The notes: a model not told the origin generated them from the sequence alone. Shown: positions 11,691-25,549, counted from the stretch's first letter. The stretch: DNA of 64,000 nucleotides from Eledone cirrhosa (GCA_964016885.1 OZ024747.1:43648001-43712000); one strand, 5' to 3'. Program-made: numbers and translations.

Positions 11691-11857
11691 ATATATATAA
11701 CTTTATTAATAATAACAGTAACACTGAGTATATACTTAACCAGAAGGTTTAAAGCTCAATGCGGTAGGGTTCATGCAGAGCTGATATGTAATCCCACAAC
11801 TTTGGGATGAATCTCTATCGGTTGAAACAGCATATCGACTCTTTAGTGTTTCTTATT

Positions 11858-11919
<62 letters not shown>

Positions 11920-11980
11920 TATATATACATTAAGAAAAGCAAAACAAGGTTTCACATTGAGGTTTTTATTGACTAGGCTC

Positions 11981-12065
11981 AGTTACAAATTGTTTACAGA
12001 TAAGAGGCTCAAGATCCATATGTGTGTTATGGACCTGACTTGAGCCCCAATCTGGTCATCAAACT
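11981..12065 (-). ncRNA. Degenerate hammerhead-like motif with long stem II hairpin
   Basis: Minus: AGT TTGATGA C-CAGAT..long hairpin..ATCTG TAAAC AATTT GTA ACT; core mutated. Confidence 0.4.
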
Positions 12066-12489
12066 TGTTAATCAAGCAAAATCAGAGTCTTATATAAATG
12101 AAAAAACAATGTCTCTGATTGAGACAAAGTGAAAGTGCATTTGAATAAATATAAAAATGAAAAATCTCATCAATATATATGTGTGTGTGTGTACATGTGT
12201 GTGTGTGTGTATATATATATATATACATATGTATATATAGTTATATAATAATTGTTTCTACTTTTGGCACAAGGCCAGCAATTACACAGTACTTTATTTT
12301 ATTGACCCCGTAAGGATGAAAGACAAAGTTAACCTCGGCAGGATAATAATGATTTTACACAGTACTCTGTCATAGAAGAAGCAGCTTCTTTTTATTGGAG
12401 ATAATATATCTCTACAACGCGGTAATCTTTAATGTTTACAAATGGTTTATCATGTTACATTACATGATATATATATATATATATATATA

Positions 12490-12735
12490 TTGTTATACTT
12501 TGGGAGGGTCATGTTGCCAATAAGAAACACACGCACCAGTTGCTTTCACTTCAATTTATTATAATAAATTTATAAATTTAGGAATTTATAAATTTCTGGT
12601 TGGTTGGTTGGTTCCACAACCAGATAGTTGTTTATATATTGTCAAAGTTCTTTTGTCACACATTCTGTGACCTCTTCGGTGACCGGGGATTCTTTTCTTT
12701 GTTTTTGTGCCTCTCCTTTGTTCTGTCCTACGCCA
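12490..12735 (-). mobile_element. Solo pLTR, family G
   Basis: Reverse complement of ~45140-45395. Confidence 0.75.
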
Positions 12736-12749
12736 TTTTGTTTATATAT

Positions 12750-13240
12750 ATATGAAAGACGTAAAATAAGAAAATTATAAAAATTAACTTACTTACTAAA
12801 ATTTCACTCAAACTAATTAGTTTCTGAAAGGGAATAAACATGGTTTCCGAACGGAACAACATGGAGAAAATCCTTTCGTCATCAGGAAGTCTATTCTCAG
12901 CTAAGTTCCCAGGCAATGCGTGGACACAGGGAACTTATACAAAAATAATTCAGTGGATGGAAAAAAGCAAGCGAGGACTAAATTCCACTGAATTATTTTT
13001 GTATAAGTTCCCTGTGTCCACGCATTGCCTGGGAACTTAGCTGAGAATAGACTTCCTGATGACGAAAGGATTTTCTCCATGTTGTTCCGTTCGGAAACCA
13101 TGTTTATTCCCTTTCAGAAATAATTAGTTGGAGTGAAATTTTAGTAAGTAAGTTAATTTTTATAATTTTCTTATTTTACGTCTTTCATATAATTGTTCTG
13201 CATCCCCTTGCATTGAACCACAAAGTTACTAAGACAAAAC
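12750..13240. mobile_element. Head-to-head hairpin element H with hammerhead-like motif
   Basis: Arms 12750-12958 and 12984-13191, ~50-nt right tail; CTGATGA-CGAA..TTCG-GAAAC-CAT-GTT at 13056-13104. Confidence 0.75.
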
Positions 13241-13304
13241 CTATATATTTGCTAGCATAGGTATGCATCTGTATATATATATGTTGGTAGATATACTAAT
13301 TCTT

Positions 13305-13418
<114 letters not shown>

Positions 13419-13885
13419 CATATAAATACGTGTGTGTGTGTGAAGAAGTTAGCAGTAACATGAATAGTTAAGAATTTAAATTATCGATGATTATATATAA
13501 CAAAAAAGGGAATGTGACAGCAGTTAAACCACACAGCTGTCAAATATATATACAAGCTTTCACCAAAAATGTTTACACACTTTAACAGTATTCTAATAAA
13601 TATGTTTATACATTGATACATTTTTGCGGGACACCCTGCATATATGGGGGTGCGGTTGTGTATGTTAAAAAAGAAGTCGTAAGGGTGAGTGAGTGGCATA
13701 TAAACAGAAATAGATGCATTGGTAGATTAGGAGATAGATATATAAGCAAATGAGAAGACACAGAAAGAGAGTTAAATACATATATATATATACAGATTAA
13801 TACATAGATGCATGACTGAAAAATTGATAGATAGATATGTTTCTTTATTTGCCACTAGATACTAGATAAATAGATAGATAGATAG

Positions 13886-16800
13886 ATTTCTTTATATGCC
13901 ACAAGGGCGCACAAGAAAAGGGGACAATACAAAGACATGCCGGGGATTTTACATACAGTCGTGTAAAAAATATAAACAAACAATTATAACAATCGAAATC
14001 CCCAATAGGGGGAAGCGCCACAAATGGGTTGTTTAATACCGCATCGATAGAACAACCCTCAACTTCAGGAGCGTGTTGTGCAAGTGCTCCTTTCTTCCTT
14101 TTGCTCTCTTCTTCAACCTACAGGTTTATATACAGAGAAGGCCCAATCACTCGGGCCATTTTTGCTACATTCACCCACCTTTCAGTAAATTTACTGGGGT
14201 GCAGTGCCTCTCTCTCCATTCTGATTCTCCTTCTAAATTGGGCAGAGTGCAAACTGTCCTTGAAAGGTCAAGCGGAGGTGGCGAACACTTTCATAGGTTC
14301 GTCATCTACTACCACTTGACTGTCGTGCCTTGTCCCCGTCAACACCTCGTCAAGATGGAACGCATGAAGGAATGAGTTGTTGTCCGGAGAGAAAGGCATC
14401 TGTCCTCAGTCCTCTCAATCTCCTCCGCCATATAACCTCTTTCACCATAGCCACTATACAGAGGAAAACCGCCTCTCTTTCGTTTTTGAAAGAAGTTGGT
14501 GGTTTGATCCCTACTATGGACTCGGCAGTCAACTGGATTTGTCCCATATGCGGAAGCAGTTGTTCCGGATAGTTCCACAGGTCGGTTACGCCCGGGCAGT
14601 GTACAATTGCGTGCAGGACGGTTTCAATGTCCTGCATGCATCTTGGACACGTCCTCTTGGAAGGATCCCTGCCGGAGCGTCCGTGCCTGTAGATCTTGTC
14701 ACGAACCGGTAGAGCTCCTCGGTAGCACTGCCAGGCCAGGGACCTCTGGAAGTTGTCCATAGGTCCCGGGCAGAAAGTCCTATCAAACAGACTGGTGAGC
14801 TCATCGTCTTCGACGCCCAGAGTCTCTCCGAGCACGTCGTCGCCCTTGTAACGTACAATCCCTCTATAGAATGTCGAAGTGGAGTCTCCACTGATTGCTG
14901 TGTCCGCTTGCCAGAGGACTGTGAGTGCCTGAGTGCATTCAATGTGCCAGGCGCACATTGTTTTCAGTCTTTTCTTGACCCAGGACTGCAGCTCCATCAG
15001 TGAGACGAGCTGCGGGAAAGCATTCTCACAAACGGTGGCCACACCAGTTGGGGGTCGGTACGGAATACCTGGAGATGCTGCAGCCTCAGCACATGTTTGC
15101 GCATCATCAGCCATGGCATTCCCAGCCCTCCGTTGGAAGGGTGCTGACAGCAGACGGATCTCCTCACCAGCGGAGCCTGCTTCTTCCACAGAAACTGGAA
15201 GAGCATGCGTTCCATCTTGACGAGGTGTTGACGGGGACAAGGCACGACAGTCAAGTGGTAGTAGATGACGAACGCTATGAAAGTGTTCGCCACCTCCGCT
15301 CGACCTTTCAAGGACAGTTTGCACTCTGCCCACTTCTGGGTGAGCGCAACAGCTTGGCCGTGACCTAGTTCCAGTTTTTCTCCACCTGGAGGTCTGGACC
15401 GAACCAGATTCCGATCAATTTCACCAGTCCGTCCGTCCAGCGTCCAGCGACGCAGTCGGACGTCATTGGTTTGCCTCTCCACGTACCGAGTTGCAAACCG
15501 ACAGACTTGTTCGGGTTTAGTTTTTCTCCCAACAGCGTTTCGTATTCTTTCAGTAAGTTGCCGATCACCCCGATTTCCGAGGTGCTCGACACCATTACCG
15601 TCACGTCGTCGGCATAACCCGACGCCGCTTTGCGCAGTCCCGGTTCTAGAGGGATGCCCCGCAACAGCTCCAATTTCCGCAGTAGTGGCTCTAGAGTTAA
15701 TACATACAGAATGGAGAAGAGAGGGCATCCCTGTCGAATGGAACACGTGATTGCGAACGGCTCCGATAGGTAGCCGTTCACCTTGACCCTCGAGAAGATG
15801 CTGGTGTGCATCACCTCGATCCAGCCTCTGAAAACGGAACCGAAACCGGCCGCCTTGAGAACTGCTTCCAAGTATCGATGGTCGACCCTATCAAATGCCT
15901 TAGACTGATCCAAATTGATCAGAGCCCCACCGAAGCCGGGTTTACTACCCACCCTCTCTATGATGTACCGCATGAGGTGGAGGTTGTCGTGTATGTACCT
16001 GGTCGGGATTGCACACGTTTCGCTTTCCCTACCATGTTCTCGACGACAAACGCCAACCTCGTCGCTAGCACCTTGGCCACAATCTTTAACTCTGTGTTGA
16101 GCAGAGTTATGGGCCTGAAGTTGTTAATTTCGTCCCCCTTGTTCTCGTTTTTCCTGATCAGCGTTACTACGCCCTTCCCTGCAGAACTGGAAATTCTCCT
16201 GTTCTGCTGCCAAATGCAGTAGATGGCTTCGAGGACGCCAGAGAACAAGTCCGGCATGCCTATGTAAAACTCATAGGGTAGACCATCTAGACCGGGTGAC
16301 TTGGGTTTCCCACAGCGGCTCAGAGCGTCCCATATCTCAGTGTCAGTGATCGGTCTTTCGCAGAACTCGGCGTCCGTGTTCAAGAGATGCGGTAGGCCGT
16401 CGAGGTATGAACTAAAGTCCATTACCCCGTTCGGCTCACTGTCGTTCTGCTCAAACAGTCGCGCAAAGGCTGCTGAAAGGCCACACACATTTGTCAAGTA
16501 CCACGCGTGTGTTTTGGTCTTTCAAAGACCGAATTGTGGACTTGTTGCCACTTTTTGCCTCCGCCACTCGGGCCCAGCTGACAGCTTTCGCTCCTTCGTT
16601 TCCTAGAGCACGTGTTTTGCTTCTGACCACGCAGCCTTCATGTTTCGTATCGAAGAACTGGTCCAGTGCCGTTCTCGATGCTAACACTCTAGCTGCGTTG
16701 TCACTTCTAAGTGCCTCCTCTACCTTGGCTACTAGTTCTCTTCCTATTTTGTTTTTCTCTAAGGCTAACTCTCTGCTAAACCCTATCGATTCTAGTCTAA

Positions 16801-18616
16801 TTGCTTTCTTGAGAGAGTACCACCATCTATTGTTGACGATGGCTCCCGTTAACTGTTGCTTGACTAGTCTACTTATCCGTTCACTGTAAGCTTTACGTGC
16901 CGGCAACGACACGTTCAGCTTCCAGTATCCGAGTCCCTGTCTATGTGTTCTATCACGGTTGACTAAGCAGACGACTAACTTGTGATCTGAATAGGCAACC
17001 ATGTGCATTCGTGGACAGCTTAACATCTCCCTGTCTCTTTCTCTAATGAAGAACCTATCTAAATACGATCTAGATGTCCCGCTGCGGTTTGCCCACGTCC
17101 ACTGTGGTGCAGTCGGAAAATCCAGTCGATACCTATCGGCCAGTTGGAATTGGCCGATTAAAGTTTTGAGACTGTTGCACCTCCCTCTACTGGGTCATGC
17201 TCCCACATAGTCCCATCGTGCATCTAGGATACCATTCCAGTCCCCCACTAAAAGCAAGGAGCGAGACGTTCCCAGAAAAGACTCTAGACGCTTGAAGAAG
17301 TCTGGCTGCAATTGCCCAGTCTGAAGGCTCCACTCCAACACTGTTCACGTCTAGGACTACCAGTTGAGCCTCCGGGTCCAAATGTACTTGCTGTATTTCG
17401 ATGTCCAGGTTTTTCCGAAACATGACAGCTACTCCCCCTCCACCTCCTGGCTGACAGAGAGATGCGTAGATCTCAAAGTCGTCGAAGATGGGGGTCAGCT
17501 GCTGCCTGTTGTGGATCCTGGACACGGTGATGGCTATCACATCTATATCGTGTGACCTAAGGTCGTTTAAGAGTTTGCCCTGTTTCCAGGGCCTCCCTAG
17601 GCCATGCACATTCACACTTCCAACTCATAAATCAGCCATGTTGGTGTAGAAGATTTGGCAAAACAAGGACGAAAGGATGCACTTACCTTTCCGTTTCCTG
17701 GAGATCGGATTGTTCAATCTCCATTTCAGTTTTAGGTGGGGTTGTTGAGTGGGGTGGGGAAACATTTCAAGATGGTTGGTTTTTGGCATGGGTTGCCAAC
17801 ATCCTGTGAAAATTGGTTCTTTAGTTTTTTGGTAGGTTTCTACCGGAACCCTTATTAGTTTGTGGTGCAGTGTCAGATTTTACAAATGTTTTCCCCTCAG
17901 TTTCCACTTTAGGGTCCTGGGAGATGATCTCCATTAACATGTTATTGTTTGTGTTGATGTATATATATTGTTGTTTTTGTTGTGGTTGTGTTGTTTTAGT
18001 TTGTTGTTCGTCAGTGAGTTTTCTTTTTTGTGTTTGGGTGGTGGTGGTGGTGTTTGCTTTGTTGGTAGGAGGAGGTTTGGTTGTGGTGTTGTTTGTGTTG
18101 TTGTTTGTGTCTGTGGTTGTGTGTTGGTGATGGCGATTGGAGTTTTTGGGGTTTTGCTGTCTCTTTTTTTTTGTTTTTTATATTTCCGAGGCTCTTTTTC
18201 TTCACTTAAAGAAGGAGAAGCAGCCTCGTCCGTCAATGAATGATCATCGTCAGGAGTGTGGGGTAGGGGAATGTTGTGTGGTGATGGTGTTTCGGTGTGT
18301 GCATTTGTGGTAATCTTTGATGGAGTGGGATGGGGTGTGGTTGTGTTCTTCAGAGGTGTTGTCTGTGTTTTTTCTGTTGTTGTTGGTTGAGTCTCTGTTT
18401 GTTTTGGTGTCTTTGCTCATTTCGTCTGTTGTTGTACTTGTGGTGGTGGTTGTTTTGGTGTTGGTAATAGAGTTTTTTTAATGATGTTGTTGTGGTTTGT
18501 AGGTGTGCTGTGCTACCACAGCGAAAGCAATGAGGTTTACACCCCTCCACCGAAATGTTTATCTTGTTGTTGTCGTCAATGACGACTTTTTCGGGTATTT
18601 TGGAGATTCTCTATGC
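13886..18616 (-). mobile_element. Tx1/L1-clade LINE, copy A (ORF1 C-terminus, APE, RT, C-terminal Cys region), decayed
   Basis: ORF1 knuckle CFRCGSTAH; APE NVHGL..SDHKLV..GYWKLN; RT KSPGLDGL, NFRPITLLN, LDQSKAFDRVDH, IRQGCPL, YADD; C-terminal CPRC..ETVLHAIVHC. Confidence 0.9.
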
Positions 18617-21417
18617 AGCTCTCTGCATCCGTGCTCGAGAGTCGCAGTATGCCGTTGAGGTAGGAGCTGAAGTCCATTACCTCGCTCGATGTACCGCTTT
18701 GCCTGAACAGTTGTGCAAAATGCTGCTGGAAGGCCGTGCATATCTGCTTGGATTCAAGTATAATGCGTCCATCTTTGTCTTGCAAAGACTGAATTGTGGA
18801 TTTGTTGCCACTTTTCGCCTCTTCCACTCGGGCCCAGCTAACAGCTTTGGCTCCCTCATTTCTTAGAGCACGTGTTCTACTTCTGACAATACAACCTTCG
18901 TGTTTCACGTTGAAGAACTGGTCTAGTGCTGTTCTCGCTGCTAGCACGTCAGCTGTACTGCCATTCCTAAGTGCCTCTTCTATTTTGGCTACCAGTCCTT
19001 TTCAGTTTTGTTTTTTTCTAAAGCTACTTCCATGCTAAATGCTATCGATTCTATTCTAATTGCTCTCTTGAGAGAGCTCCACCACCTGTTGTTGACGATC
19101 GCCCCCGTCAACTGGCACTTAACTAAGGTGCTAATCCGTTTACTGGCCTTACGCGTCGGGAGCGACATGTTTAGCTTCCAGTATCCGGGTCCCTGTCTAT
19201 GTGTTCTATCAAGATTGACTACGCAGGTGACTAATTTGTGGTCTGAATAGGCAACCATGTGCATTTGTGGACAGCTTAATGTTTCCTTATCATTCTGTCT
19301 AATTAAAAATCTATCTAAATACGATCTAGAAAACCCAGTGCGGTTGCTCCACGACCACAGTGGTGCACTGTAAAGTCTAGTCGATATCTATCAGCCAGTT
19401 GGAATTGGCTGATGAGATTTTTGAGGCTATTACACCCACCTCTATTATCACAAACTCCTACATAGTCCCAACGTGCGTCTAAGATGCCATTCCAGTCTCC
19501 CGCTAACACTAAGGAGCGAGACGTTCCCAGGAATGGCTCCAGACGCTTGAAGAACTCTGGTCGCGATGTCCCAGTCGGGGCATATACGGCCACCAGTCTG
19601 AAAGCTCCACCTTCACTACCATTCACGTCCAGGACCACCAGGCTGCCCTCTGGGTCCAAGTGAATTGTCTGTATTTTGAGATCAAAGTTTTTTCGAAACA
19701 GAACAGCAACTCCCCCTCCACCTCCTGGCTGACAGAGAGATGCGTTGATCTCAAAATCATCGAGCATGGGGGTTAACAGCTGCTTGTCGTGAATCCTGGA
19801 CTCAGTGATGGCTATCACAACTATACAAAGTGACCTGAGATCATTTAAAAGCTGGCCCTGTTTCCAGGACATGCCCAGGCCACGTACATTCAAACATCCA
19901 GCTTGTATAGTCGCCACGTTGGTGAAGAAGAGTTAAGGAGAGAAAAAGCAGGAACACTTACCTTTTCGTTTCCTGGAGGTCGGGTTGTTCGATCTCCATG
20001 TCCAGATTGGTGGTGTTTGGGGAGGGAGGGAATCCTTTTAGCAGGACACGGTTAAGTGGCTTTTGGCAAGGGGGGCTCACATCATGTGGGAAGTTCTCTT
20101 TTAAAGTTTCATACTGTAGGGTTGTTACCCTGATAAGTTTGAGGTTTGCGGGTGGGTCGTTGGTGGCGAAGGTTTTCCCTTCCGTTTGTATTGTGGGGTC
20201 ATTTTAGACAGTTTCCACCAGTTCTTTGTTTCTTGTTTTTATGTATGTGTAATGTGTTTTGTTTTTTATGTGTACTGTTTCTGTTTGTAGTTTTCTTTTT
20301 GTGGTTGGGGTTTGTGATTGTGGTGGTGTGGGTGTTTGTTTTGTTGGTGAAGTGTTTGGTTGTGTTGGTGGTGATTGTGTTGTTGGTGTGTTTGTCGTTT
20401 GTGGCGGTGTGTTTATAGTGGGGTTGGGTGTGTGCGTGTTTTCTGTAGATGTTTTTGTGTCTTTTTTGTCTCTTTTTTGTTTTTTTTTTTGATTTTTGGG
20501 GTTCCTCTTCATTCTCACTTGGAGATGTAGAGGTTCCAGTGTCTGAGACTTCTGAATCAGGGGTAGATGTGTAGTGGAGTGTTTGTGCATGTGTTTGTGG
20601 AAGTATTTGACAGGGAGGGAGGAGGCAATGGAGGGTTTTTCAGTGGGATTTTGTGTGTGTGGTTGTCTCTGGTCTGTGGTGGTGTGGGAGTGGATGTTGC
20701 AGGTTTTTTGTGTTGTGTTTGGTTTGGGGTGTTGATGTTGGGGTTTTGGTGTTGGTAATAACACCTTGTTTGTCCTCGATTTGTTTAAGAGAGAGCAAAA
20801 GGCCTTTAAGTGTGTGGTTTTCCCACACTTATGGCACTGAGGTCTTTTCCCCTCCACTAAAATGGAGATGACATCTTCCACAAGGACGATCCTGTCCGGT
20901 ATTTCTCAACTCTCTCTGACCTCATTTGTACCAGAACCTCGATGCAGGTTCCAAACCAGTTATTCCGGTCTGTCCTGTCTACAGATAGGAGGGTGTCCTC
21001 ATCCTTCTTCAGGATGCAGCGTAGGATCCACCATATGTTGACCTCTGCTGGGATCCTGGTTATTTTTATTTTGTATGATCTTCTTGCCATGTATGTGGGT
21101 AAGAAGATGTGTTGATCCGTTTTTATTGGGTGAACCGAGTGTTTTTGTGCCAGAGTTTCGCTCTTAAAGAGCACTGACACACTTCCATAATGTTTAGCTA
21201 TTTGGAGGTATGCCACGTCTGGCTTAATATCTTTTAGTCCAGCTTCAATAGTGCTTGTTGGGAGCGTTACGGGTTTTTTGGTAATGATGTCAACTGTTCT
21301 ATAAATTAGTTTATTTTTCTGTGTCATCTCTCTTACTTGTAGGGGTGGGGTGTCTCCCTCAAACGTCACATAGTTGGAAGCTTCTTCCAAATATTGGAAC
21401 TTTTGGGAAATGTCCAT
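18617..21417 (-). mobile_element. Tx1/L1-clade LINE, copy B (ORF1, APE, linker; RT and 3' end missing)
   Basis: ORF1 with CHKCGKTTHLKAFC knuckle; APE CLNVRGL..VAVYAP..LAGDWN..SDHKLV; ends before RT at the junction with copy A. Confidence 0.88.
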
Positions 21418-21716
21418 GGAGTATCATCATCATCGTTTAACGTCCATCTTCCACGCTTGCATAAAAATCCTGTTGCTTAGCAACGGTTGCTGCAAATGAA
21501 ATTTTGTTATTGTTGTTGTTGGTGGTGATGATGGTCTCATTCGTTGTGTTGCCGCTGATTCCTTTTGTTGTGTTATCGTTGTTGTTGCTTGTGGTGGTGT
21601 AAGTATTTGCTACATATACTTCCTTCTGTGTGTGGGTACATGTGACGTTTGTGACGTCAGGCGTGGTCAGTTGCTTACAAGCAGCTGAAGCTTGTTCCTC
21701 TTCTAAATGTTGAGGC

Positions 21717-22101
21717 GATAATTGTTTCTACTTTTGATACAAGGCCAGCAATTATCTCAGTGTATTACTGGTACTTTATTTTATCGACCCCGTAAGGATA
21801 AAGGGCAAAGTTAACCTCGGCGGGATTTGAACTCAGACAATAAAGGTCCGTAACTCTGTGCTTCAAAGCATGGCGTCCGACCCTCTACCGATACTGCCAA
21901 TCCACCGCCTAAATGTTGAGGCGATAATTGTTTCTACTTTAGGCACAAGGCCAGCAACTACCCAGTGCATTACTGGTACTTTATTTTATCGACCCCGTAA
22001 GGATGAAAGGCAAAGTCAACCTCGGCGGGATTTGAACTCAGATCGTAAAGGGACGTAACTATGCTGGAAAGCATGGCGTCCGACCCTCTACCGATGTTGC
22101 C
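21717..22101 (-). mobile_element. Tandem pair of SINE family 2 (Nin-domain-like)
   Basis: Two ~190-bp copies (21717-21909, 21921-22101), reverse complements of 33796-33983. Confidence 0.8.
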
Positions 22102-22436
22102 AGGCGATAATGTTGGCATTCCTTTGTCCATGTCTGCTACTACCTGCTGGTCAAGTAGGCGTGGCTTTCACTTCCCATCTTCTTGTATTGACAAAGAAGT
22201 AGGTGCCTTTGCTTCGGCCACTTTTTAAAAATTGAAGAGTTTTGCAAAAATTATTTTCGAAAATATGTTGGATGTTTTTGCCCTGAGAGGCACGATATTT
22301 TGGGAGACTGACCAGATCAAAATTTGACCTGTCAGTTCCTCTACAAATTGCTATAAAAATAAAAGTTCACAATGACGAATTTCTAAAGAAATTTAAACAA
22401 AACTTACCGAGCAAGTTTAACACATGTGTCCATCCC

Positions 22437-22577
<141 letters not shown>

Positions 22578-22675
22578 TGGATAGATAGATAAATAGGTAG
22601 GTAGCTAGGTAGATAGACAAACAGATAGAGGTGACAGACAGACAGCAGGACAACAGAGAGCTAGCTAGATAGATA

Positions 22676-23316
22676 TGTTTCTTTATTAGCCACAGGGGCA
22701 CAAAAGAAGGGGACAAATACAAAGGGGGAAGTTTACATACAATAAAAACGTGTAAAATATTATCACAAATGCAATTTAAAAATTAGTCGATTTTCCCCAA
22801 TAGGGGGAGACATTACATATGGGTAACACATACCCCCGAAAAAAATGTGCAACCCTCATCTCCAGTAGTACGAAGAGCTTGTACTCCTTTCCACTCCTCC
22901 TCTTTTTGCTCAACCTACAGGCTGATATAAAGAGAAGGCCCATTCACTCGGGCCATTCTTGCCACTTTATATAGATGTAGATAGATAGTTGAATAGACAG
23001 ACAAATAGATACAAGACAGACCAATACATAGATATGTTTCTTTTATTTGCCACCAGGGCATCAAAAGTGGGACAAGTACAATGGGGGGAGTTTACAAAAC
23101 AAGGCGTCCTCAATAAGGAGGAGGCAATAACAAAATATAAAAATAAAATAAAATATAACAATAAAATTTATAACAAAATCCTCAATAGAGAGGAGACGCC
23201 TTGGGGGTCGCACACACCCCCGAAAAAAAGTGTGCAACCCTTTTCCTCAGGAGCACAGAGAAGGGGTGCTCCCTTGGTCTTTCATCTTCCTCACCTATAG
23301 TCTGATGTAGAGTGTA
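22676..23316 (-). mobile_element. Two short Tx1-like 3'-end fragments in (GATA)n
   Basis: 22676-22966 and 23036-23316 resemble 13886-14170 (TTTCTTTATT..GCCAC..GGGACAA..AATAGGGGG); each abuts TAGA repeats. Confidence 0.7.
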
Positions 23317-23799
23317 CATAGATAGACAGACAGACAGATAGATAAATATAGTCTCATGTTATAACAGAAATAATTAAAAGATATATTTTTCTAACGTTTC
23401 AATTTCGACATCTGGATTAAATTTTCGCCGAACTTAAAAATGTAATAAAAAAAAAAAAAGATAAAACAAGTAAAATAAAACAACAAACAATGACAACAAC
23501 AAGAGAAAATAAAACAAGAAAAACCACAACAAAACAACTTAAATAAAGAAGACTAAATCATGTTTCAATTTAGCAAATGTCAAACATCTTGTTGCAAATA
23601 GTTTTAATATCATAATTAAAGGCCATGATAGGCTGACCTTTATGCTTCCCACAATGCAATTGAATGAGCAAATAAACAGATGCTGGCTGCTGAATATAGA
23701 TGACCAAGGGAAATAAAGAATCTTTTATGATGTTGAATAGCAAGTGAAACACTGTAAACATTCACAGTCAGAGGTTGGTGATGACATTCAAAAGTATCA

Positions 23800-24097
23800 G
23801 CAGCAGCATCATCATTGTCATCATCATTGTCATCATCATCATTGTCACCATCAGCAGCATCATCATTGTCATCATCATCATCATCAACATGGTCATCATC
23901 ATCATCATCATCATCATCACCGTCATCATCACCATCATTGTCATCATCATCGTCATCATCATCATCATCATCATCGTCATCATCATCGTCATCGTCATCA
24001 TCATCATCATTGTCATCATCATCATCATCATCATCGTCATCATCATCGTCGTCATCGTCATCATCATCATCATCATCATCACCAGCAGCAGCAGCAG
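23800..24097. repeat. (CAT)n imperfect trinucleotide tract
   Basis: Direct. Confidence 0.95.
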
Positions 24098-24189
24098 TAA
24101 CTGACTGTTTCCACTGTCATTGTCTGGTCTGGTATCTCACAAGATGCTCAATAGATGGAAAACATCTGTATTTGTGTATTTGTCTATGT

Positions 24190-25370
24190 CTACATTTGTG
24201 TATTTATGTATTTGTATATATGTGTATATATGTATTTGTATATATGTGTATATATGTATTTGTATATATGTATATATATGTGTATATATGTATTTGTATA
24301 TATGTGTATATATGTATTTGTATATATGTGTATATATGTGTATTTATGTATTTGTATATATGTGTATATATGTATTTGTATATATGTGTATATATGTATT
24401 TGTATATATGTATATATATGTGTATATATGTGTATATATGTATTTGTATATATGTGTATATATGTATTTGTATATATGTGTATATATGTGTATATATGTA
24501 TTTGTATATATGTGTATATATGTATTTGTATATATGTGTATATATGTATTTGTATATATGTATATATATGTGTATATATGTGTATATATGTATTTGTATA
24601 TATGTGTATATATGTATTTGTATATATGTGTATATATGTATTTGTATATATGTATATATATGTGTATATATGTATTTGTATATATGTGTATATATGTATT
24701 TGTATATATGTGTATATATGTGTATTTATGTATTTGTATATATGTGTATATATGCATTTGTATATATGTGTATATATGTATTTGTATATATGTGTATATA
24801 TGTGTATATATGTATTTGTATATATGTGTATATATGCATTTGTATATATGTGTATATATGTATTTGTATATATGTGTATATATGTGTATATATGTATTTG
24901 TATATATGTGTATATTTGTATTTGTATATATGTGTATATATGTATTTGTATATATGTGTATATATGTGTATTTATGTATTTGTATATATGTGTATATATG
25001 CATTTGTATATATGTGTATATATGTATTTGTATATATGTGTATATATGTGTATTTATGTATTTGTATATATGTGTATATATGCATTTGTATATATGTGTA
25101 TATATGTATTTGTATATATGTGTATATATATGTATTTATGTATTTGTATATATGTGTATTTATGTATTTGTATATATGTGTATATATGTGTATATATGTG
25201 TATTTATGTATGTATTAATTTGTGTATTTATGTATTTGTATATATATGTATTATGTGTATATATGTATTATGTGTATATATATGTATTATGTGTATATAT
25301 GTATTATGTGTATATATTATTGTATATATATGTTTTATGTGTATATATGTGTATTTATGTATTTGTATAT
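24190..25370. repeat. 22-bp TA/TG-derived minisatellite (TATATGTGTATATATGTATTTG)n
   Basis: Direct; 22-bp units interspersed with 10-bp subunits. Confidence 0.9.
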
Positions 25371-25549
25371 ATGGTAACACGGTAAAAAACCTCCCAGTCC
25401 ACACTGTAAACGTGGTTGGTGTTAGGAAGGGCATCCAGCCGTAGAAAACCCGCCAGACAGTCCTGAGCAAGACAACCAATCTTGCCTCAAGTTGGACAAT
25501 TCCTGTCCAGACCCATGCTAGCGTGGAAGGTGGACGTTAAACGATGATA

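Noticed and set aside
12728-13101. Mirror ORFs MVSERNNMEK on both strands
   Set aside because: By-product of hairpin H; no recognisable domain.
989-13240. Inverted repeats as assembly or amplification fold-back artefacts
   Set aside because: Arms differ by substitutions and indels, stop at element boundaries and show consistent polarity and tails; long-read confirmation is still advisable.
23744-25444. Long ORFs (poly-His/Ser, YICVYM repeats)
   Set aside because: Translations of (CAT)n and TA/TG satellites, open in several frames; the same applies to all YIYI/HTHT/poly-Leu ORFs.
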